DNA of 23,868 bases from Paraspadella gotoi. Its lineage: Eukaryota; Animalia; Chaetognatha. The notes below the pieces were generated by a model. The model searched no databases, was not told the origin of the DNA, and worked only from the letters and a program-made list of their open reading frames with translations. The stretch is taken from the NCBI GenBank assembly GCA_051294375.1, contig JBJCIZ010000172.1, forward strand, positions 1-23,868, read 5' to 3'. Positions 1 to 9,598 of this stretch are shown here, in pieces; within the stretch, counting starts at the first letter, position 1; the number at the start of each line of letters is the position of its first letter. A program made the translations under genes and the position numbers.

Positions 1-90
1 CGAGAATAGGTGAGAGGGGGAAAGTGGAGGAGAAGAGAGATAGCGGTTTTATCTGAACAGGGAGGCGGATCCCTTTAATCGCTGATCCGC
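1..90 (-). repeat. Partial, indel-noisy copy of the element-1 LTR
   Basis: Aligns by eye to 2500-2584 and 9410-9488 (gtgagagggggaaag...atctgaa..gggaggcggatccc..atccgctg) with many 1-nt insertions; the following ~91-180 matches 2585-2665. Confidence 0.85.
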
Positions 91-109
91 GCCCCCCGCC
101 GCTCGCCGT

Positions 110-1480
110 GCACGAGCGAGCCAGGTCTTAGAATGGCGCCAGATCTTCCCTAGCGCCTGGATGGTGTCGTCATCGATGGCGCGTCGACGGTTCTCTCCCG
201 AATCGTTCCGGCTATGACGCCTATACGCCGGTGGCTATTGGCAGCGTTCTAGCCTGCAGCCAACGTCACAGCGCGACCACGCTCAATGGCGACGATTGCC
301 CATCAGGGGGGCCAGGTTCACTAACCAGTTCCAGATTTCGATTTGCGAGGAATCACCAAATATCCGCCAGATAAACGATGACGGCGACCCGGCGGTGATC
401 TCGCCTAGGCGTTCGTTGAACCTCTGGGTCTGTCCGATGAACTTGGCATGGCGGTCCATAAATTGGCCCACCTCTTCGTAGATTGAAGACTCGCTGGTCA
501 TGTGGTGCTGGGCGTCTGGAAGCATGGTTCTGAGCGTCTGGTACTTCTCGAACGGGTTTCCGTCATTGTCCACAAATTTGTTTCCTTGTTGGTACACCGG
601 AGGAGGCGAGCAAGGCGTTTCGAAGGAAGAGTCGATCACGTGATGATATATGGCGTGGTGATACGCCTCGCGTCCCCCGAACGTTATGGGTAGATCCTGG
701 AAACATCCTTCGGTTTCCCGACGAAGAGCGAGCGTTTGTCGGCACCTCGCGGTGACCAACAGTTCCCCACGGAGGACGGCGATTTCGCCGTGGTCGACGA
801 AAGCGGTGGCCGCTGGCGAGCGATGTGCTTTGATCGCCGCCGTCCTTGCCTCGCGTGCTCGTGTTACGCAGAGCTTGTGCCGCACGGCCTTGGTGAGAGA
901 GTCAATTTTTTTCTGGTTCTCTCCATCACCGACGTGTCTCGCTTCAGGCCTTGGATCCGGCCCTCCGCGTAGAAGAAATGCGGAGAGGACGTTTCATCCA
1001 CCACCAATCCGCAGCTGGAGATTCTCGTCTTCCTTCCGGTTAATCTGAGGGTGAAGGCGGCGTCACTGGTGCCGCCACACATGACCATGCACCTCTAACG
1101 CTCTGGCGGTATCCGGATACCTAGCCTCCGAACAACTCGTCCAACATCCTCCAAATCGATCCGCTCCCTTCAGCAGGTCCCCGCACGGGGTTGGAGCTCT
1201 ATTTGCGTTGTGGCATCGGTTGATAGCCTTCCGGATGTCGGCTTCGGAGACCGCCCTTATGATTCCATCTTGGGACCGATACATCCCTCCGGTGTATCCG
1301 ACCACGGCACGTCTGGTCTGCTCCCTTCCTCCTCCGGGCGATCGTAGCGCGATCGGCCGGCGTTTTCCCGGTGAGTTGGGTTGAGGAAGAAGTAGGGCTC
1401 TCTCTGTCTGTTCTGGCCTATTTCGCTTTGGATTTATCTTTCTTTCCTTTCTTTTTGCTTTGTTACCTTGTTTAGCCATA
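110..1480 (-). pseudogene. env: env-like ORF of LTR element 1, similar to the C-terminal half of chuvirus-type class III fusion glycoproteins; frameshifted in this assembly
   Basis: ORF pieces 1063-1479, 864-1088 and 283-885 give VGYTGG..PCGDLL..FFYAEGRI..KKIDSLTKAVRHKLC..HGEIAVLRGELLVTARC..RRETEGCFQDLPITF..ETPCSPPPVYQ. This is the GE-x5-C / C[YF]xxLP[VI] / C-x-Y pattern of chuvirus-like glycoproteins. It lies just upstream of the PPT and 3' LTR. Confidence 0.75.
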
Positions 1481-1942
1481 TTTCTCTTCGATTTTTACCT
1501 TGAAGTTGTCTTCGTACTATGTTCCTTTCTTTTGGATTTATGAGTTAGTCATAACATCTTGCTCATTTCTTCGGTTTCTCGTTTCNNNNNNNNNNAGAGA
1601 GAGAAAGAGAGTCCAAGATAAAAATTAGTGAATAAAACAGTTTTTATTTTACTCACTGAATAAAAATACTTAAAATACTTAAAAAACACTTAAAATTGAT
1701 AAAATTATTATTCCGATAACATTGTTTAATCACATGCAATATATCTAGTAAGGTGGGCCAAAAATTAACACTTTTTATAACTTCTCGTTCTCTCAAAAAA
1801 ATTTCTTTTTTCCTTCTACTACTAAATCGATTTTCAATGTAACTTTTTGAATTAGTTCATTGGGTTGTTGCACTGAAGCTTTTAAATATTTATTAATATA
1901 TGTAGGATTCGATCCTGGATTTTTCCAATTTAATATAAAAGA

Positions 1943-2013
1943 GGTATGACCAGGATTCGATCTTGGAACTCTCGGCTCACTCTCGGTCAATCAGTGACTA
2001 TCGCCACTATGGC
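1943..2013 (-). other. tRNA-derived (SINE-head-like) sequence, not a functional tRNA
   Basis: Minus strand reads GCCATAGTGGCGATAG (A-box-like)...CCAAGATCGAATCCTGG (B-box-like); no clean cloverleaf. Confidence 0.55.
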
Positions 2014-2072
2014 TTATATTAATCAGATACTTTAATTATTCTATTAGTATTGTAATATGTTAAAATACCTAT
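1971..2072. repeat. Left arm (outer part) of 212-bp inverted repeat
   Basis: Exact reverse complement of 12025-12126. Confidence 0.95.
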
Positions 2073-2584
2073 CTTAGCCGTTTTGTACTATTTTTGGCGA
2101 ATAAAATATCACGAACGAAAATAGAGGCAAACAGAGTTTATTTACTTATTTACAGTTTAAGTGCAGTGTCAAAATCTAAGGCTAGNNNNNNNNNNNNNNN
2201 NNNNNNNNNNNNNNNNNNNNNNNNNNNNNNNNNNNNNNNNNNNNNNNNNNNNNNNNNNNNNNNNNNNNNNNNNNNNNNNNNNNNNNNNNNNNNNNNNNNN
2301 NNNNNNNNNNNNNNNNNNNNNNNNNNNNNNNNNNNNNNNNNNNNNNNNNNNNNNNNNNNNNNNNNNNNNNNNNNNNNNNNNNNNNNNNNNNNNNNNNNNN
2401 NNNNNNNNNNNNNNNNNNNNNNNNNNNNNNNNNNNNNNNNNNNNNNNNNNNNNAAGCCCTATGATTCGCTACGGTGTTTGTTCACGATCGAATTAGAGAT
2501 AGAGGGAGAGAGTGAGAGGGGGAAAGGGGAGAGAGAGAGATAGGGTTTATCTGAAAGGGGAGGCGGATCCCTTATCCGCTGACG
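2073..2584 (-). repeat. 3' LTR of element 1 (about 350 bp real length; contains an oversized N gap)
   Basis: 2073-2185 matches 9139-9251 and 2454-2581 matches 9361-9488 with few mismatches. Confidence 0.92.
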
Positions 2585-2600
2585 CGCCCCCCCGCCGCCC
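2585..2600 (-). promoter_or_regulatory. Polypurine tract of element 1
   Basis: Minus strand GGGCGGCGGGGGGGCG immediately precedes the 3' LTR. Confidence 0.65.
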
Positions 2601-2675
2601 GTGACGAGGAGCCAGGTCTTAGAATGGCGCCGAGTCTTCCTAGCGCCCTGAGGTTCGTCCGATGGNNNNNNNNNN

Positions 2676-3620
2676 CCTGTTCTTAATAAATTGCGCCTTA
2701 CGTAGACGTTGTCGCCTGGTTTGACTTTCTTTGGATTTCTGAACCGGTTTCCTCTTTTCGCTTGCCTATGTTTGAGGAATCTTTGTTCGACAATTTGTTT
2801 CTGTGCTTCTTGCTGGTTGTCTGCTCTTCTTTGTGCGTAATCCGCTAGGCATTCGTACGATTCTTCGTCCGGCGCTTCTATCAGTCTTGGTCTGTTTCCG
2901 AACTGGAGTTCGTGAGGTGACATGCCTGCCTGATCCGACCGATGTCTCTTTCGGCCCGGTTACTATTCTTTCTTGAAANNNNNNNNNNNNNNNNNNNNNN
3001 NNNNNNNNNNNNNNNNNNNNNNNNNNNNNNNNNNNNNNNNNNNNNNNNNNNNNNNNNNNNNNNNNNNNNNNNNNNNNNNNNNNNNNNNNNNNNNNNNNNN
3101 NNNNNNNNNNNNNNNNNNNNNNNNNNNNNNNNNNNNNNNNNNNNNNNNNNNNNNNNNNNNNNNNNNNNNNNNNNNNNNNNNNNNNNNNNNNNNNNNNNNN
3201 NNNNNNNNNNNNNNNNNNNNNNNNNNNNNNNNNNNNNNNNNNNNNCGCGCCTTAGTGGAATCGCCCAGGTGTAGGCAGAGGCGTTATCCAAGGCTACTAG
3301 GACGTGATTGCAACCCCCACTGGGAGGTAAGTGCATGACGTCGATGCTTAGTGATTTCCTGGGGACTCGCGCTGCCGTTGGTCTCGATTCCGTTTCATTG
3401 AATTGCATCTCGTCGGTGGCGCGCCTACAGCAGTCGCACTCTAGTACCATTTCTCCGCATGAGTTTACCATATTTGGGGCCGCTATGTATTGTTCTGCCA
3501 GGTCAGCTGAACGGTCTCTCGCTTTTCGTGTATTTTCCTCACTACCTCCTTCAGGTTCTGCTGTGGAATAATATATCTCGTCGAGCGATTTTTGGCGGTG
3601 AATCCAATGACGCAAAGGAT
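2676..3620 (-). pseudogene. pol: Gypsy-type integrase (zinc finger, core, C-terminal part), gapped and frameshifted
   Basis: KIHEK...PNM...ECDCCRR (H2C2-like); SLSIDVMHLPPSGGCNHVLVALDNASAYTWAIPLR (first catalytic Asp); NSNRAERDIGRIR (catalytic Glu); SPHELQFGNRPR; KPGDNVYVR. Confidence 0.9.
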
Positions 3621-4689
3621 TCCATCTCTGGTTATCTCTAAGTCATCTACGTTTCGGAGGAGGAATGCTTGTGTAGGCGTAAGTGATTTCCTCTCCCCCG
3701 CTTCTAGGTGTGTTCTGAGGCCTCCTGCGCCATGGTTTTTGTATATTTCTCTGGCGTCTTTGATCTCGCTGCATTCGTTTTGCCAGATCTTTATCTCTGC
3801 TCTCATTGGCATCAGTGAGGAGTCACGCTTGATGTTGTTTAGTAAATCTTCTTCGAGGTCGATTTCGTCCACCTCAACCGAAGCCTCGATGGCCAAATCT
3901 GTGGTTATCTCCGTGTTTTGATTCGCTTCGGTTTCCATACCTTTGTGAGTGGGTCTTGGCTCCTGGAATGTAGGCTCGGGTGAGTTTCGGCTTTCACCTA
4001 TTTCGTTTGCTTCCGGTCTGGTTTTGGATCCGGCTGGTTGTTCGTGTTCGGTTCCGTCGGGCGAATTGGGTGGGCCAGCTATCCTCTCTGGTGGCTGGTC
4101 GTCTTGGGATGGGGGTCCCGCTCCTCTTTGCTCGTATGGTTCTGGTGCGTTGCTCCTTTGTCCTCTTTGGCTTTGGCCGTCGGGGCCTGCTTCTGTTATT
4201 TCTGAATTTGGCGGTGCCGCCTCGTCTCTGTCCACCTCGGTTGGTGTTTCCAATGGCGGCCCAGGCGTTCTTCTCCGATTCTGATTTGCAGGCCTCGTGT
4301 GGATGTTGTGGTTTATTCTTATGGTGTCGGCGGGAAGCATTGATGACGGTGTCATTATCGGTGCCGGTGCGATTCTGGCTCTGGGCACTCGTCTGCGGTA
4401 GGCTCTTTCCTCTTCGATTCTGTGTTCCAGCCCGATGTTTAATATTTCGTCATTAGTGCGCGGTCCGTCTACCAGCTGTCTAATGGCTCTGATCCTTCTT
4501 TCGGTGTCGCTGATCAATGATGCTTGGCCTGTGGCTGTTCTGAAGATTCTTATTTCTCTTTCTTTTTTTCCGCCATATACCTTTTCGTATTTACAGCCGG
4601 CTTGTGAGGTGCTGTCCTCGTCTAATATTTTTATGCAAATCCCTGTCATTTCCGCTAGTGCTTCTAGTTCAGGGTGGCCCAGTGACCAG
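3483..4689 (-). CDS. pol: pol segment upstream of integrase: C-terminal half of an OTU-like domain, then a Pro/Glu-rich linker; truncated by a MITE
   Basis: The frame is open from the MITE junction at 4689 (WSLGHPELEALAEMTGICIKIL...YGGKKEREIRIFRTATGQASLI) and runs into the integrase N-terminus (DGILCV...YIIPQQNLKEVVRKIH). Confidence 0.75.
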
Positions 4690-5290
4690 TAAGGCGTAGT
4701 GAAAGTTACATACGAAAATTCTAAAAGTCAATTATGAACAACATACCATCAGTGAATATTAATTTGTAAAAAAAATTAATTTTATTTTTTAATTTTCGCA
4801 GTAGGCTATATTTATATATAGTACTAACCTTATAAAATCAAAAAATTTCAAAATAGGCTTTTCTTAATTTTGATTGCAGATTTGAATTCCTCGTAAAAAG
4901 TTGATACGAGAAAATATAAGTCATTTTTAAAAATTCTTTCATTAAGTAGGTTAAAAATTAAAAAAATTATATTTAATATAGAAAAAGTTAATTTTCAGCT
5001 TAAAATATAGCTTTTTCTCATTTTTGACCCACTAATGAAGGAATTTTTCAAAAGAGTTATATTTCTTTATCAATTTTTTTATGACAAATCAAATCTGCAA
5101 AAAAATCTTAGAAAAAACTGTTGAAATTTTAACAATTTATTTGTTTAGTTACTAGTATAATAAGTATGGCCTACTGCGTAATGTGTAAAATTATTATAAT
5201 TTTTATTATATATGTTCAATTATATTATATTGTTCGTTCCTACTTTTTAGAATTAATTAAGTTAAAATTTAGAAATTTTACTACGCCTTA
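4690..5290. mobile_element. hAT-type MITE, copy 1 (601 bp)
   Basis: Termini TAAGGCGTAGT...ACTACGCCTTA; long imperfect internal inverted symmetry; homologous to 10645-11256 in opposite orientation; flanks GTGACCAG and TTGTACAT do not match each other. Confidence 0.9.
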
Positions 5291-7241
5291 TTGTACATAA
5301 GCATATATTTTATATCTTTTTCTTTTAATGCATTCATTCACTCAATTTATTTCTTTTTATTTAAATAAAAGATAATTAAATTTGTTAATTTTTTCCTATG
5401 ATATTTAATTAAATTGTTAATCTTATTCCTATGAATATTTAATTAAATTTTGTTAATTTATCCTATGATATTTAATTTAAATCATTTATTCATAATTCTA
5501 TTCTATTTATTTATTTACTTTTTGATTTTATAATCAAATAATTTTTTTATCTAGCATCATTTTTTAAATTGGATCTTTTTGATTTGCATTTATTACTGTA
5601 ACTGGCATCATTTTTTCAAACTGGCAATTATTTTTTAACATGGATTATTTTTTTATTTATATTATTTTCAACTTGAATCATAATTTTTAATTTGCATTAT
5701 TGTTTTTAAACCTATAATAATTTTTTGAATTGGCATAATTTTTAACTTGCATCATTTTTTCAATTCATGTCAATTGTTTTTAATTTTGCATTTTTTTGAA
5801 ACTTGCATCATTTTTTTAACTTCTATTATTTTTTTGATTTATATAATTTATTTTTGATTTACATTATTTTTTGATTTGCCATTATTTTTTTAAACTACAT
5901 CATTTTTGCACTTATATCATTTTTTTAAAATCATTTTTTATCTCGCATCACATTTTATGAATTTTGACATAATTTTTTAATAGTACCCTAATATCATTTT
6001 CTAACTTGCATCATTTTTTTTCAAATAGAGCGCATTTTTTTTATAACTTTGCCTTTATTTTCTTAACCTTATACTTATTTTTTAACTTGTATTATTTTTC
6101 TTTTTTTTGTAATTTTTTAAATTATATTACCTTTTAACTTATATGGTTTTAATTTTTATATTAAAATTTAAATTATCAATTTATTTATAAAACAATTAAT
6201 AAAATTGGTACAACAATATAACAATTATCCTTTTGTTGTTAGTTTGTGAAATAATTAATTATTAATTAATTAATATATAGAAACTAATTAATTTTGTTTT
6301 TAACTAATTATTAATCAATTATTGCTAATGATGTCATCAGATCCAGCATTTTTGCTTTTTTTTATTCTAGTAAAAACTAAAAACTTTCAGCTTGAATTGA
6401 AAAACAAGAAGAAATTTTTTTCTAATGCCAAATAGTAAAATATATAAAATTATGGTAAATATTATAATTTTTTAAATAAATTATACAATTCGATTTTTAC
6501 TGATTTGGAATACTACTAACATTTTTGGATTTTTAATTGATATTTTTTTAAACAATTAGTAAAATAATATCTTTTTAATTTAATTAATATATTAAATTAA
6601 TAAAATGTTTGATTGGAAAGTAAAAAAAGAAAGAAAAAAATAAAGTAAAAAAAAAAATAAAGGGAATACAGAGAAAGTAGAGAGAGAGAGAAAGAGGAAA
6701 AAAAGTGAGTGAAGGAATAAGAGTAATAAAAAAGATGAAATAGTCATATAATAAATAAATTTTGTCCTTATCTCAATAATATCCTTTTCCTAAGTATTTT
6801 TTAGAAGCTTTATCTCTTTCTCTCCCCCATTTTTTTTTTTTTTTCTTTTATCTTCTACTCTCTTCTCTTTCTCCCTCTCTCTCCCTCCTCTCTCTTTTAA
6901 AATGTCTTGCAAAAATTGTTTAAAATATATATTTTGTTAAAAAGATTTGAAAAGAGTTAACATATACATTTAAAAATAAAAAAAAAATTATTTATTTTAT
7001 TAAATTAATTTTAAACATAACAAATTGAAAGTTTTTTCATGATCCATTTGATCTGAATTTATAAAACATATTATCAAATACAAAACTATAAATAAATTTT
7101 TAAACAAAAAGCCGGAGGCGTTCAAGAGCGAACGCGAGGCGATCCGGGCTAAAAAATGATAGGCGAACGCAAACCGGAGGCGAGGGGGTCTCGGGAGGGG
7201 AGTGGAGGCGGGGCGAAATTCACCGGCCTCCAGCATCCCTG
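5291..7241 (-). mobile_element. Remnant of a non-autonomous DNA transposon (hAT-like), one end only
   Basis: Sharp junction with retrotransposon coding sequence at 7241/7242; terminus CAGGGATGCTG on the minus strand resembles Ac-type TIRs; GC-rich subterminal GGAGGCG repeats (7111-7230); very AT-rich non-coding interior. Confidence 0.55.
5540..6100. repeat. Degenerate ~19-bp minisatellite (tttttt-aacttgcatca)
   Basis: Many imperfect units; the same unit recurs at about 14270-14318. Confidence 0.75.
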
Positions 7242-7811
7242 GTCTTGCGGCAGTCGGCGAATTTCGCCAGGGCATCAGACGGTTGCCATTTCTTTGCGGC
7301 GTTTTTGATTCTGTCAGCGGCGTCGTTTGCTAGCTTTGCGCTTTGGCCCTTTCCGGGGCTTTCCCTTTTTTCTGACTTTGGGCATGGTAATAATAAGTAA
7401 TTGTAATTTTCGAAAGCTTTATTAGTGCTTTGGACATCATCTAATTCGTCAGTTACAATTGCGTCTCTGCGCCTAAATTCAAATTTATCCCGCCGGAAAT
7501 TTCTGTCCGTGCGGGCCTGCCTGCCTTGCCAGCGTTTGTCGTTCCCCCATCGCGCCCTGTCCGCGCCATCGGGGCGTCTCGTGTCTCTAGGTTGGCGTCC
7601 TCTCCATCTTCCGTCCGTCCTTCTTGGTCTTCGACGGCCCTTTGGATCGCCGACATGCTTTTGATGAGCTTCTCCATGAGTTCACGCGTATTATTTGCTT
7701 CTTGCATCATCGCGCCTTGGTAGAGGGCGTTCGCGCTTTCGGCAGGGTTTTTGTCGCTCAGACCCTTCTTCAGGAGCGAGTCCGTGAGGATTTGACGATC
7801 GTTGTCCTTTA
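7242..7811 (-). pseudogene. gag: gag C-terminus / gag-pol junction of element 1
   Basis: IKDNDRQILTDSLLKK...MMQEANNTRELMEKLIK continues after a frameshift; an overlapping frame open from about 7680 to 7242 encodes Arg-rich RWRGRQPRDTRR...NFRRDKFEFRRR. Confidence 0.6.
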
Positions 7812-8975
7812 TTAATTTATGAAGCGACGAGCAGTGCCTTCTGATTTATATCCATACGTTTCCAGCCATCCTCGTAGGATCCACTCTATTTCTTTCCCTA
7901 ATTCCCGGCGGTTTCCCGTGTCGATAAGTTTCCTGAATTTGAGGACTTCCCTCGATATACCCGGGGCGTACGGGTCCAATGCCTTAGTCAGCAGACGGGC
8001 TACGTGGTGTGAGACTGCGTCTCGCTCCTCCGGCGCGACGCAGTCGAACTTCTTGTAGATTGAATTGACGAGTGGGAGTCCGTATTCGGAGTGTTCCTTT
8101 GGGTCCACGTTCACCACTATCTTCTCGGCTATTTCCGCCGCCGTGACTGACGATTCCTTGCACATCGATTCGAGGCCTTTCCATAGGCTGCCGCCTATGG
8201 GGTCGACATACCAATTCGCTTCTTCGTCGCGGGCGAGGACGGACTGTAGTTGCTCGTTTACTCGTCTCTCGTCGAAGTCGCAGTTCTTAAGGTTCCTGTA
8301 GATGCCGCGCAGGAATTCCATCGGCTTCTCTCCTTCTCGTCGCCTATCCATTTTTACTGGTGCGCGTGAGAGCGGGTTGGCCGAAATCGAGCGTGGAGCC
8401 GGTTGTCTGGCGTTTCCTCCGGTGGATGCGCTTCTTCGGCGGTCCTCGGGAGAGTAGGCGTCTGGACCCTCCTCTCTCGGCGTTGTGGCCAGCTCCTCCA
8501 CTGCTTGGGCCAGGTCGGCCATCTTTCGGGCTAGGGCCCTGGTTTCGGCAGCCGCTTGGCGGGATTCCGCCGCGGCGCGGCCGAACTCCACTTTGTTGTC
8601 GTTTATCAAGGCTAACATTTTGGTGATAGCGGCCCCCATGTTGCCCTTTTTACCTTCGGCAAGTCTTCTTAGGTTTTCGTCCAGATTTAGAAGGTGCGGT
8701 TTTCCATTGCTCTCTGCCGCTTCGTTGGCGGCGGCGCCTTCGTCGTCGTCGACGAGCTTGATTTTGTCAAGCCCGGCAGTCAGTTTGTCCATCGGTTGAT
8801 GGGGCGCGGTCCTGCCGTCGTAACAGACGACCATTCCAGTTCGTCTATCCAAGTAGGCTCCTACCATGCCCTGCATGGCGTCTGACGGTTTCTCTCCGGC
8901 CGGTGCAGTGGGTTGCAGCGGCGGTATCGATTCTTTCCTAGCCCCTTTCTCACCTATGCCAAGTAGTTTTGCCAT
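7812..8975 (-). CDS. gag: gag-like protein of element 1 (387 aa up to a frameshift)
   Basis: First long ATG ORF after the PBS; coiled-coil-like segment followed by a helical region; call is largely positional. Confidence 0.75.
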   Translation of the reverse strand: MAKLLGIGEKGARKESIPPLQPTAPAGEKPSDAMQGMVGAYLDRRTGMVVCYDGRTAPHQPMDKLTAGLDKIKLVDDDEGAAANEAAESNGKPHLLNLDENLRRLAEGKKGNMGAAITKMLALINDNKVEFGRAAAESRQAAAETRALARKMADLAQAVEELATTPREEGPDAYSPEDRRRSASTGGNARQPAPRSISANPLSRAPVKMDRRREGEKPMEFLRGIYRNLKNCDFDERRVNEQLQSVLARDEEANWYVDPIGGSLWKGLESMCKESSVTAAEIAEKIVVNVDPKEHSEYGLPLVNSIYKKFDCVAPEERDAVSHHVARLLTKALDPYAPGISREVLKFRKLIDTGNRRELGKEIEWILRGWLETYGYKSEGTARRFIN

Positions 8976-9116
8976 GTCTAAGATAGAGCGAGACTTGGTT
9001 TTTGGCTCAATCTTGTCAGGTGAGAGGGCCCGAATGGTTTGCGCTTGGTTTAGGTTTGCGTTGGTCGAGCGTCTCTTTGGTTCCTTTTTGCGTGGTTTGT
9101 TTTATTTCTTTACTTC

Positions 9117-9138
9117 TCGAATCTCGTCGGTGACACCA
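9117..9138 (-). promoter_or_regulatory. Primer binding site of element 1 (tRNA-Leu-like)
   Basis: Minus strand TGGTGTCACCGACGAGATTCGA abuts the LTR; its complement parses as T-loop + 5-nt T-stem + 7-nt acceptor + A + CCA. Confidence 0.85.
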
Positions 9139-9488
9139 CTTAGCCGTTTTGTACTATTTTTGGCGAATTAAATATCACAAACGAAAATAGAGGCAAACAG
9201 AGTTTATTTAATTATTTACAGTTTAAGTGCAGTGTCAAAATCTAAGGCTAGAATTATTGTACAACCATTCGGGCCGAGGGCAGCTTCACTTATGAAATCA
9301 TAGTCTCTCCTTCCTATTCCCTCGGCCCATGAAACGTCCCCTTTGCCCTAGTCCCGCTCGAAGCCCTATGATTCGCTACGGTGTTTGTTCACGATCGAAT
9401 GAGAGATAGAGGGAGAGAGTGAGAGGGGGAAAGGGTAGAGAGAGAGACAGGGTTGATCTGAAAGGGGAGGCGGATCCCGTATCCGCTG
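9139..9488 (-). repeat. 5' LTR of element 1 (350 bp)
   Basis: Direct repeat of 2073-2581, adjacent to the PBS; has AATAAA on the minus strand. Confidence 0.92.
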
Positions 9489-9598
9489 TATGAAACAAAG
9501 GAACAATAGAAACTTTATAGACCAGTAACTCACACTAGTAGTAAAATCATATATTTTTGTTGTGTGAAGCATTTCACTTTGATTCTCCAAATAAAGGA
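9489..9598. repeat. Left arm (inner part) of 212-bp inverted repeat
   Basis: Exact reverse complement of 11915-12024. Confidence 0.95.

Larger units (their letters stand above)
2073..9488 (-). mobile_element. Ty3/gypsy-type LTR retrotransposon (element 1), disrupted
   Basis: Direct terminal repeats, PBS, G-rich PPT, gag-like ORF and gypsy-type integrase in minus-strand order. Confidence 0.92.

Noticed and set aside
255-282. TGTGACG at 270 (minus) as the start of a longer LTR
   Set aside because: No purine tract precedes it; the shared repeat ends at 2581/9488 next to a G-rich PPT; the region reads better as env TM-coding sequence.
1943-2013. Functional tRNA gene (also 13343-13412)
   Set aside because: Acceptor and anticodon stems do not pair convincingly; only degenerate A/B boxes remain.
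2094-3338. ORFs containing X runs
   Set aside because: Artefacts of reading through N gaps; only the minus-strand integrase pieces are credible.
3592-9171. Plus-strand ORFs overlapping gag and pol
   Set aside because: Antisense shadows of GC-rich minus-strand coding sequence with no recognisable motifs.
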